Below, one piece after another: positions 44,459 through 52,914 of a stretch of 62,072 bases of DNA. A model generated the notes under the pieces. It was not told the DNA's origin, did not search any database, and worked only from the letters and a program-made list of their open reading frames with translations. This DNA is from Pirellulales bacterium (lineage in GTDB: Bacteria > Planctomycetota > Planctomycetia > Pirellulales > JALHPA01). The stretch covers positions 1 to 62,072 of the forward strand of contig JBBDYH010000166.1 in assembly GCA_040901795.1 (NCBI GenBank). The letters are read 5' to 3'. The stretch's first letter is position 1, and each line of letters begins with the position of its first letter. Both the position numbers and the translations under genes were made by a program.

Positions 44459-45461
44459 TGTTGGAGTTCAAGCTTTAGCTTGCCCGGCCCGCAGGGCGCA
44501 AACCTGATCTGATGAGGATGTGCTGCGTATCGGCGCGGATTCTGGCGAAAATAATTCAAATCTCGGAAAACGCGCACTAATTCGATTTCTCGACGTGGGG
44601 ACGTTCGTCCCAAGTGACGTTGTGGCACGAATTTGATGCCCTCGCCTGTTCGCTTCGTCGGTGAATTAGTGCGCATTTGATCGCGCCTTATGTGCCCCAT
44701 GAAGGGTTGGGCGCGTTCGCGGACGAAGGGGTATGTGCTCGGTCGGAGGACGGGCGGGCGGGCGTTTGGAAAATCACGCGGAAGGCAAACTAATTCGCGC
44801 CGGGACGTGAGCTGGGGTCGGCGCAACATCTTGTTGAGAGTGCTCTTACGGTTTGGCGGAGGAAGAAAAGACGGGGTGAATTCAGGGACGAAACGGCGCA
44901 TGGCGGCGTGGTTTTTAAAGAAAGGCCACAACCAAAGGATTAGCCGCGAATGGAACGCGGATGGACGCAAATAGATGGGGGTTTCGACATGGAATAGAAC
45001 TGAAAACGGATTAACCGAAGAAAATGACGTTAACGACGACCGACGACGCAGAACGATCGTCAAGAAGCCGCGAGAAGAAGTACCCCCTTCGACAGGCTCA
45101 GGGCGAGCCTTGTTTACGAGGAGCCTCGACTGGTCGGCCGAGAAGCATCTATACTGTACACTATTTCACGTACTTTGTCAAGAGGCCAATTGCAAGAATT
45201 CTGGGTTCGGAGGGGAGAGGGGGAGACTGGGAGAGGGGGAGACTGGGAGAGGGGGTCGAAGACCTCGAACGTGGAACCTGGAACCTTGAACTTGGAACCT
45301 ATTCCGCGCTGCTAAACAACCTCCCCTGCTCAAAATCATTCGGCGGCAACTCCACCCGCGCCCCGTGCCAGATCGGAGGCACCAGCGTATGCCGCCTCTT
45401 CGGCATCGGCCGAAAACCGCCACCGTAAGGGCCGCCATGTTGGAGTTCAAGCTTTAGCTTG
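44459..45461. repeat. 24-bp direct repeats bracketing a ~1-kb segment with no recognisable gene
   Basis: TGTTGGAGTTCAAGCTTTAGCTTG, identical at 44459-44482 and 45438-45461. Confidence 0.8.
45153..45181 (-). promoter_or_regulatory. Consensus-like sigma70 promoter with no obvious downstream gene
   Basis: Minus strand TTGACA-17 bp-TACAGT. Confidence 0.6.
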
Positions 45462-45641
45462 TCGACCAGCCCCGGCAGGGGCGGCATTTTGTAGCCCGGG
45501 GTGAAGCGCAGCGCAACCCCGGAACCACGCTCCTCAAGAATCTCCCAAAAGCCCCGGTAGGGGCGACATTGCTAGAGGATCGTAACGCCTAAAAGGACGC
45601 AGCACTTGACGGAGCAGCACAGTTCGTTGCTGCGGATGCAC

Positions 45642-45743
45642 TTAGAACCGCTAACAATAGTAACCCGACGCGTAAGCGAGGCCATCTGCCGCTCCTCGCT
45701 CACGCTTCGGGTTACTGGGTGCCGGTTGTGTTAGCGGTTCTTA
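45642..45743. mobile_element. MITE with 12-bp TIRs and TTA target duplication
   Basis: TTA|GAACCGCTAACA...TGTTAGCGGTTC|TTA with an internal palindrome. Confidence 0.75.
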
Positions 45744-45766
45744 GTCACCAGAACCCAAACGCTTCG

Positions 45767-46129
45767 TCACTGTCGTGGGTTATGATGCGCGTTAGGATCG
45801 TTCGAGCCGAATCGAAACGTCCATGTCAAATCCCGCGCGCCGGCGCTCGGGTCTAAGGTCACGCCCGAGTGTCGGTGGCGCTGTCGGCGGTTGAGCATCG
45901 CGAATTGTCCAACGACCCAGCCTAGCGCCAGAAGCACTGCGATTCCAAAGTAGAACCACTCGCCCTGGTCGCCCGCGCCCCAGGGCTGCCACACGATGAC
46001 CAGCACAACCACCGCGAGAATCGCCGCGACGATTAGCCCCAAGAACACTCGGTAGACTGCAACCAAGACTCGATCAACGGAGTCGAGGCCCTGCAGCAGA
46101 CGGTGACGATCCTCGTTCGACCGATTCAT
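45767..46129 (-). CDS. Small two-TM membrane protein
   Basis: Two clear hydrophobic helices followed by a basic tail. Confidence 0.6.
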   Translation of the reverse strand: MNRSNEDRHRLLQGLDSVDRVLVAVYRVFLGLIVAAILAVVVLVIVWQPWGAGDQGEWFYFGIAVLLALGWVVGQFAMLNRRQRHRHSGVTLDPSAGARDLTWTFRFGSNDPNAHHNPRQ

Positions 46130-46316
46130 CGCTGGCTCGCTTACAAAATGGGATGGATCGTGCAGAGTCGACGTTGTCCCGCACACACGAAACATAGCTC
46201 ATCAGGGTCACATCCTGCGTAGCGATTATTCCGAAAAGAGTGAGTGTACGGCTGCCCCTCGTGAATGCCGTTGTACTCGTGTTCGACGATCCCCAAGTAA
46301 GGATCGCGCGCCGGCT

Positions 46317-46400
46317 CTGATCTTCGTCACCACCGGCTACCGCCCGAGCCAGCCGATCTACGCCATCCGCCCGGGCGCGACCGGCGACATCTCCCTCAAG
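46317..46400 (+). pseudogene. 28-codon fragment of a PQQ/BamB-like beta-propeller gene
   Basis: Reads LIFVTTGYRPSQPIYAIRPGATGDISLK with high-GC3 codons; no start codon. Confidence 0.55.
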
Positions 46401-46592
46401 GCCCGTTCGACGGGCCTTCTCGCTTTACCTTTGGCCGCTTCGCCTCTAGTGCAGGGCCGCCATCGCTTTTAGTCCCGAAGGGACGCCGATGGTGTAGCCC
46501 CGGGTGGAGCGCAGCCCCGGGCACCGTCACGCGCATGACCGCCAACGTCCATGTTGCGCTATCGAGGACGGAAATGGAGTAGGCGCCGGCGC

Positions 46593-47312
46593 TTATCCTG
46601 GCATTCGCGTTTGCCGTGTCGGATCAGGCGGCGCGCCGCAACGCAGTGACGAACCATCCACAAACCACCAGCCATCCAGGCAATAGGCCCGCGCAATAGC
46701 GCTCGTTTCCAGGGACTTAGCATGCTTGTGCGTGAACAGGATCAACGGCGGCAACCAATCACTTACAGGATTGCTGTTGCGAAAGTTAGCCAAGAATTGT
46801 GGTCGATCATTCCGCACATAAAAGGATCGGTGTCGAAACCCGCGCATTTTATAAATCTGGCATGGCAAGTCGATCACGATCACACTACAAATGTCTTGAC
46901 GGAATTCGTTCGGTATTCGCCGCAGTGTTTCAGGCGTAGCCAGAAAAATGTTGGAGTGGACTCGGGGCAATTCCATCGTGGACAGCTTTATAGGAGGCCT
47001 TTCCGGCGATTGAAACCACTCGTCGATAACCACTGCAGCCGTTCTCTCATGATCAGCCACAATCACCCAACGAGGTGTTTTTGACCGTTGTTCTAAGTTT
47101 CGTAGGAGTTCGACGATTCGCCCTACTGAGTGGCATCCGCCGATAAATACTCCTAGGTTATTCCTGCCGAGCTGCCATGCAGTAGCTGCATCAAGTCGGA
47201 AGTAGCCAAGCCGTTGCTCTTCAAGGCGCGTAATGCGCAGACCGCGAATATACGCCTCGGCGTAAAGTTCACGCAACTGTATGGGAATCTCGTCCGTCAT
47301 TTGGCCACTCAA
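46593..47312 (-). CDS. Hypothetical protein resembling an inactivated SF2 helicase RecA1 domain
   Basis: Start overlaps the helicase stop (TTGA); degenerate motifs WVIVADHERTA, IFLATPETL, SVIVIDLPC and LILFT occur in SF2 order. Confidence 0.65.
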   Translation of the reverse strand: MSGQMTDEIPIQLRELYAEAYIRGLRITRLEEQRLGYFRLDAATAWQLGRNNLGVFIGGCHSVGRIVELLRNLEQRSKTPRWVIVADHERTAAVVIDEWFQSPERPPIKLSTMELPRVHSNIFLATPETLRRIPNEFRQDICSVIVIDLPCQIYKMRGFRHRSFYVRNDRPQFLANFRNSNPVSDWLPPLILFTHKHAKSLETSAIARAYCLDGWWFVDGSSLRCGAPPDPTRQTRMPG

Positions 47313-49726
47313 CCCAGGTTGTGACCGCAGTTCTTACAGAACCTATCCCCTTTTGCGATTAATGCACTACAGGATGGACAGGTCACTACAGCATCCGGCG
47401 CAAGCAATGCGGCACTGTCATCGCTTCGAATCGTCACGTGCGCCGATTCTGTAACAATCATGTCGCGAAGGGTCCGCAATAGCCGCGCAGTTGCATTCTT
47501 GCTCGTTGGATCACTTTGGCGCGGATTGGCGATACAGCGAAAGCACCCCACGTCTTCAATGCAGTCACACGTCGTAACTCGTTCGAGCGCCTTTTCAATA
47601 AGCAACTCAATCTTGTCGAATGCACCTGTCGTCAGATCAACGCCATCATAGACGTTGTCGTACAGATAAACGGCTGCCGCGCCGTCCTTGAGAATCTCAC
47701 TGAAGGACGAAAAGTCTTGAATGTCGCATGGTCCGCTAACCGTTGGGAAAAGGCTCGAAATAAGCCGCTCACATGATGCTAAGGCCGCCTTCGCGTTACC
47801 ATTTCCTAGGTCGCGAACAATGTCGTCCCACATCGGCTTTTTGATGAGAATCTGTGTCGCGACGGTTGGGACAGTATGGGCTGGCACCCCGGCGGAACCC
47901 TGCCAGGGCTGCACCACATTGCCCGAACGATCCTTCTCTACTACATTCACGATGAACTCTGTGACGTCCACATCGACAGTCGCCACAGTCAACATTGAGT
48001 ACTCTGCCACTGAATTTCGGCGCTTCAGCCGTATTTGTTTTTGAATAAATGCCGTGGTTTCGTTCCACGAATACTCACGATCGAGCCGAATCACTTTCTT
48101 GCCCTTAAATACGTCCTTAACCCGATAACCGATTCCGCCATGCCGATAAATGGCGTTCCGGTAAGCCTCTCTCAGCAGGTGGAAGCCATCAATCTCACCG
48201 ACCTCATTGCTCCCGCACTGCAATGAATAAGACCCATCGCCCATGCTTCGGATGTTGACTTCGGAATGGGGATCCGAACGGTAGAAAATATCTTGGTCAA
48301 GCGCCCCGCTAGCCCTCATCTCAGCCACAGTTGATATTGCTTCCCCCAGTGACTCTAGATGGAGTCGGTCATCTACACCTCCAACCTCGTTCACCGCACA
48401 TGCGTAATGACAGTACACGACTCGACGGTTTGTGAGGCTCAGCGCTAAAGGCTCGTTTTCCTTCTGGAAGAGTTCATCGGGATGCGCGGCATAATAGGAG
48501 TCAATAGGCGTGTCGGCCGGGATTAGGAGGATCGCGCCTTCCTTGCCTGCTCGTGCTACGCGACCGGATCGCTGCCAAAGACTCATCATACTGCTCGGCA
48601 AGCCGACGCACACGACAACATCTAGGGCCCCAATATCGATCCCCAATTCCAGTGCACTTGTCGAAAATACTAGACGCACTGATTTATCACGCAGACCAGC
48701 TTCGATTGCTTCGCGCTCCGCAGCTGTTAAGCCTGCCCGATAGACTTTGACAAACGGCAACTCGTCGTCCTTCGACGATAATACCCTCGCCATCATCTTC
48801 TCGGCTGCAATGCGGCTGGGGCAGAATGCAAGGACACTCAGGCCTCGTTTGGCCAGGTCCAACGCAATTTTTCGACCGAGGTCATAAAAATGGTCGTGGC
48901 CGCTCACCATCCAAAATTTTTTGCGGCCCTGAATACTGCCGTCAGACTCCGGACCAACGCATGCGAATGGCACTCCCGTCAGCTTCTCCAAATGCTCGCG
49001 CGGCTCCCGAATCGTCGCCGAAGTGGCGACAAACGTCGGCGAAGAGCCGTGAATGTCGCAAATCTGCCGCAGGCGCCGAAGTACGTAGGCGACGTTCGTG
49101 CCGAAAATCCCGCGATATTCATGGCACTCATCGATAATTACGTACTTGAGCCGCTGGAAGAACCTCGCCCAGTTTCGCTCGTGATGCTGGAGAATTCCGA
49201 TGTGCAGCATGTCCGGATTGGTGAGTGCGATTTGGACCTGTGCGCGAACATCGTTCCGCGCGTTCTGCGGCGTGGAACCGTCGTAGCGAGCGATGAAGTA
49301 AGGATGCGCTGCGAGCGCGCCTTTTAATGGCCTGAGGCGCTGTGCGATCTCCATTAGCTTTCCGTGCTGGTCGTTCGCGAGCGCCTTTTGCGGATAGATG
49401 AAAAGCGAGGTCGCGCTCGAGTCGCGCAAGAGTGCATCAAAGACCGGAGCACTATATATCAATGATTTCCCCGAGGAAGTCTGAGTAGCCACGACCGTGT
49501 TCGTCCCATCCAGGAGCTGCTGAATTGCAATAGCCTGATGCCGGAAGAGCCCGGAGACGTATTCGCTTGCCAGCGCGTCGGCAAGCGCTTGGTGCAGCGG
49601 AAGCGCCGAAACGGGCAAAAAGTGACCCGTCGCAGCGTCTGTTCCTGGTGGATCATAGTGGACCGTTAGGTCCCCGTGTTCCCTCAAAACCTCCGAGACC
49701 CGTGCAATGACTGATTCTTGAGACAT
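47309..49726 (-). CDS. DEAH-box helicase with DUF1998 and C-terminal zinc ribbon (MrfA/Hrq1/SftH-like)
   Basis: TQTSSGKS, YPQKALANDQ, TNPDMLH, DECH, SAT, TSALELGIDIG, QRSGRVAR; LYD...CDC...GCFRC; terminal CPSC...CKNC. Confidence 0.9.
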   Translation of the reverse strand: MSQESVIARVSEVLREHGDLTVHYDPPGTDAATGHFLPVSALPLHQALADALASEYVSGLFRHQAIAIQQLLDGTNTVVATQTSSGKSLIYSAPVFDALLRDSSATSLFIYPQKALANDQHGKLMEIAQRLRPLKGALAAHPYFIARYDGSTPQNARNDVRAQVQIALTNPDMLHIGILQHHERNWARFFQRLKYVIIDECHEYRGIFGTNVAYVLRRLRQICDIHGSSPTFVATSATIREPREHLEKLTGVPFACVGPESDGSIQGRKKFWMVSGHDHFYDLGRKIALDLAKRGLSVLAFCPSRIAAEKMMARVLSSKDDELPFVKVYRAGLTAAEREAIEAGLRDKSVRLVFSTSALELGIDIGALDVVVCVGLPSSMMSLWQRSGRVARAGKEGAILLIPADTPIDSYYAAHPDELFQKENEPLALSLTNRRVVYCHYACAVNEVGGVDDRLHLESLGEAISTVAEMRASGALDQDIFYRSDPHSEVNIRSMGDGSYSLQCGSNEVGEIDGFHLLREAYRNAIYRHGGIGYRVKDVFKGKKVIRLDREYSWNETTAFIQKQIRLKRRNSVAEYSMLTVATVDVDVTEFIVNVVEKDRSGNVVQPWQGSAGVPAHTVPTVATQILIKKPMWDDIVRDLGNGNAKAALASCERLISSLFPTVSGPCDIQDFSSFSEILKDGAAAVYLYDNVYDGVDLTTGAFDKIELLIEKALERVTTCDCIEDVGCFRCIANPRQSDPTSKNATARLLRTLRDMIVTESAHVTIRSDDSAALLAPDAVVTCPSCSALIAKGDRFCKNCGHNLG

Positions 49727-49850
49727 TGCTTTCCCCGTAGAGAATCGCCATACCGGCTCAGCACAGAAACCGCCAATGCGGGAGACGGAACCGGATTATG
49801 ACCGTGTCGAGTGCGTGTTGCAAGCTAAGCTGAGAGAGAGCGATCGAGCA

Positions 49851-50090
49851 TTAGTCCAGACGGTCCTCCGCCGGCGGTGGCACGTTCGGGACAGCGGAGA
49901 GGTAGCGCTCGAAGTCTTCGCGGCGGCCGGCAATGGCCTCGCGGCGGAGGTGGTCCATCGTCATTATGACCGCCAGCTTTTCGCCCGCGGCGCTCGCCAG
50001 GAACTGGATCACCGTATAGCCCTCCTTGGCCGCCAAGGCTTCGATGCTCTTGGCTAACGACTCGGGCAAGTGAACGGACAGCGTGCTCAT
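49851..50090 (-). CDS. Ribbon-helix-helix (HicB/CopG-like) antitoxin, orphan
   Basis: MSTLSVHLPESL...LAAKEGYTV.QFLASAAGEK...VPNVPP..EDRL. Confidence 0.8.
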   Translation of the reverse strand: MSTLSVHLPESLAKSIEALAAKEGYTVIQFLASAAGEKLAVIMTMDHLRREAIAGRREDFERYLSAVPNVPPPAEDRLD

Positions 50091-50200
50091 GATCGCTTTC
50101 GGATGAGGTTGGCTTCATCGGTGGACAAGCTGCGGAGCCAGAGGCGCGGCGGGCTTCGGTTTGCGTCATCTCCGGCACGTACCCGTGGCCTGGCGAATTG

Positions 50201-50209
50201 TGGTATAAT
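50201..50209 (+). promoter_or_regulatory. Extended -10 promoter (probable leaderless transcript)
   Basis: TGGTATAAT, ending 6 nt before ATG 50216; no SD sequence. Confidence 0.6.
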
Positions 50210-50215
50210 CGTGGT

Positions 50216-50473
50216 ATGAGCACCGTTAGTTATCTCGATCGGTTTCTGGAGCCGGTGACCGAGTCATTCACGCCCGAGCTTGCCCGCACGCTCGTCGAAC
50301 TACGCGCCGACGACGAATTGCACTCGGAGATTGAAGCGCTTCGGCAAAAAGCGAATCTTGGTACGCTCACCTCTGAAGAAGAAGCCGCCTACAAGGATTT
50401 TGTAGAAGCCCTCGACGTGCTCTCCATCATCCAGTCGAAAGCCCGCCGATTCCTCGCCAATCACTCGGCATAG
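50216..50473 (+). CDS. Small helical hypothetical protein (antitoxin-like family common in planctomycetes)
   Basis: LDRFLEPV...FTPELAR..VELRAD...KANLGTLT.EEEAAY...LSIIQSKAR. Confidence 0.8.
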   Translation: MSTVSYLDRFLEPVTESFTPELARTLVELRADDELHSEIEALRQKANLGTLTSEEEAAYKDFVEALDVLSIIQSKARRFLANHSA

Positions 50474-50677
50474 CATGCGCGCCGAGCGACGGTTCGATTG
50501 CTGCACATGAACGACGCGCGGCGTGTCGAACTGCGGCTGCGATGGCTGGAGGAGGGTGGCCGTATTTAGCCTGGACCCCAATCGACAGGCGCGGCTGGTA
50601 CTGGGGAGTGGAACGCCGTCCGCCTTCCTCGGGGGGCGGGACGGGTTACACAGTCGACGGCCCGTGGCATGCCGACG

Positions 50678-50837
50678 TCATCATGACCGCCAGCTTTTGG
50701 CCGGGCGGCGCTCGCCAGGAACTGGCTCACCGTATAGCCCTCCTTGGCGGCCAAGGCTTCGATGCTCTCGGCTAACGATTCGGGTAAATGAACGGTCAGA
50801 GTGCTCTTGGTCGCTTTCGGAGGAGGTTGACCCGTCG
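50678..50837 (-). pseudogene. Degenerate duplicate of the RHH antitoxin gene
   Basis: Direct repeat of about 49960-50120; ATG changed to AAG, a frameshift near 50700, and the 3' end replaced. Confidence 0.75.
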
Positions 50838-50987
50838 CTTCGCCACGCTTGCCGGCGTATCATGGCAGCGTAAACTGGCGGTAGCGTGGGATTGTCGCTC
50901 TTCTGCGCGAGGGCCAATTACCGCGTAGCGTCCCGGCGACTACTGTGCCAGTCTTGCAGCCAGGCTGAACTCGACGGAGAAACGCCC

Positions 50988-51353
50988 ATGAACGACGCAT
51001 CTCAACAAGCCACGAGCGGTATGAAGGCGGTGGCCTTATTGATCGGCTGGATCAGCTTTGCCCAACTGGATCCTCGCGACCCGTTCAATTTGCCCGAGAC
51101 GGCGTACAACGCCGTCGTGCTTGTTGCGGCGATCGCGGGAGTCGTGGCCGCGATCAGTATCTGGCTGAACGCGTCGTGGATGATATTTGCGTACGGCGCA
51201 TGGCTTGTGCTCATGATCGTCGCCCGCGTATGGCATGACGCGCAAATCGAACCGGTAATCTGGAAAGTGGCGCTCGGCGCCGTCATCCCGGCGATCTTTC
51301 TCGGTGTGGTCGGCTGGTTTCTGCACCGAGATCAGAGGCGGACTCGAGTTTAG
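50988..51353 (+). CDS. Small four-TM membrane protein
   Basis: GGAGA RBS, ATG 50988, four hydrophobic segments. Confidence 0.7.
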   Translation: MNDASQQATSGMKAVALLIGWISFAQLDPRDPFNLPETAYNAVVLVAAIAGVVAAISIWLNASWMIFAYGAWLVLMIVARVWHDAQIEPVIWKVALGAVIPAIFLGVVGWFLHRDQRRTRV

Positions 51354-51479
51354 CCAGGCGACGGTTTCCGCTGCATACCGATGCGAACCGATCGCCGGCG
51401 CGAGAGCCGCACTTCGAGACTCCGTTCGTACGGAGCCTGCCTGCCAGGGGAGACGGGCAGAGGGGGAGAGGGGGAGACG

Positions 51480-51880
51480 GGGAGACGAACTTGCTTCCTG
51501 GTTTGCAAACAAGGCTCCACCCGCACAAGGCGGGCGGTGGCCGGGACATCCTGAAGCGCGATCGTCGTCTGGTTTGTATACATCGCTCCGCCCCGGCAAG
51601 CGGGGCGGTGGCGAGTCGACCTGGACGACCGAGAGGGGGTGACAAGGAGAGGGGGAGACGAACTTGCTTCCTGGTATGCAAACAAGGCTCCGCCCGCACA
51701 AGGCGGGCGGTGGCCGGGACACTTCTCGAGTGCGATCGAAGTCTGGTTTGTAAACACCGCTCCGCCCCGGCAAGCGGGGCGGTGGCGAGTCGACCTGGAC
51801 GACAGAGAGGGGGAGACGGGGAGAGGGGGAGACCGGGAGACTTGGAGACTGGGAGACCGGGAGACTGGGAGACTCGGAGA
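51480..51880. repeat. 173-bp tandem duplication with two GC hairpins per unit, flanked by GGGAGAC-type octamer repeats
   Basis: GAACTTGCTTCCTGG starts at both 51487 and 51660; hairpins CCGC-ACAA-GGCGG and CCGCCCCG-GCAAG-CGGGGCGG. Confidence 0.85.
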
Positions 51881-51989
51881 TAAGTCCCGCCAAGTCACAG
51901 ACACCAGGCCACCAGACGCTTGTTGAAATCCAAAGCGGCGACGAGCCGCCGCACTCCATAGACACCAGGTCACTCGACCACACCACCCC

Positions 51990-52562
51990 TTACGCCGGCG
52001 GCTTCGAGCGCTCGATGTACTCGCCGGTGCGCGTATCCACCTTGATGTATTCGCCTTGCTCGAGGAACGCCGGTCCTTGGATCGTCGCGCCGGTTTCAAC
52101 CTTGCAGGGCTTGGTGACGTTGGTCGCCGTGTTGCCGCGCACGCCCGGCTCGCAGTACTCGATCTTGAGGATCATGTGGTTGGGCGGCTCGATGCTGATC
52201 GGGCGGTCGTTGAAGAGCATCACCTGGCAGACCGTCCCTTCCTTGAGCCATTGCCAGGCATCGCCGACGATGTCCTTATTCAACTCGTACTGCTCGTAGC
52301 TGGTGTTGTCCATGAAGACAAACTGGTCCCCCTGGGTATAGAGGAACTGGGCGTCGATCGTGCTCACATCGGCCTCGTCCAGCGAGTCGCCGCTCTTGTA
52401 GGTGCGGTCGAGCATCGTGCCGCGGATCAGGTTTTTCATTTTGCACTTGTACAGCGCCTGCCCTTTTCCCGGCTTGACGAAGTTGCACTCGACCATCAGG
52501 TACGGGTCGCCGTCGATCTGGACTTTGAGGCCTTTGCGAAAGTCGCTGGTGTTGTACGCCAC
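51990..52562 (-). CDS. efp: Elongation factor P
   Basis: KPGKGQA loop with modifiable Lys, PGVRGNTA, KVDTRTGEY. Confidence 0.96.
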   Translation of the reverse strand: MAYNTSDFRKGLKVQIDGDPYLMVECNFVKPGKGQALYKCKMKNLIRGTMLDRTYKSGDSLDEADVSTIDAQFLYTQGDQFVFMDNTSYEQYELNKDIVGDAWQWLKEGTVCQVMLFNDRPISIEPPNHMILKIEYCEPGVRGNTATNVTKPCKVETGATIQGPAFLEQGEYIKVDTRTGEYIERSKPPA

Positions 52563-52751
52563 GAGTGGATTCCTGCTACGATTGAAGAACGGTAATTGTT
52601 ATGCTGGCGAGACGATTGCTGCATTCGGCGAACGTTATGTAGGGAACGGTTTCAGTGCCGTTCCGTTGGGCGCGTTGACGTTTTTACGTCGATTGGCGCT
52701 TCCGGAACGCCACCCGCCACGGCGGGCAAGCTTTGGGCGTTCCCTACAGAG

Positions 52752-52855
52752 TAAGAACCGCTAACAATACTAACCCGACGCGTAAGCGAGGCCGAGTTTG
52801 GCCGCTTCTCGCTCACGCTTCGGGTTACTGTGTGCAGTTGTGTTAGCGGTTGTAA
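52752..52855. mobile_element. MITE with 12-bp TIRs and TAA target duplication
   Basis: TAA|GAACCGCTAACA...TGTTAGCGGTTG|TAA; same internal palindrome as 45642-45743. Confidence 0.75.
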
Positions 52856-52914
52856 ATTCATTTTCAAGTACATCCGTCACGAGTAACTGCAAATTGGCTA
52901 CCGCTGACACCAGT

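Noticed and set aside
44509-44552. Hammerhead-like CTGATGAG...CGAAA
   Set aside because: Stem II does not pair beyond one base pair, and no stem III or cleavage triplet was found.
45642-45743. Integron attC site (TAAC...GTTA ends)
   Set aside because: Better explained as a TIR element with TWA duplication; copies lie between housekeeping genes and there is no integrase or cassette array.
46593-49726. DISARM or Druantia assignment
   Set aside because: No methyltransferase, PLD nuclease, SNF2 helicase or Dru partner genes; the helicase is MrfA-sized.
51480-51825. Possible CRISPR array or coding repeat
   Set aside because: Only two 173-bp units, no repeat-spacer periodicity and no cas genes; the overlapping ORFs are translations of the repeats.
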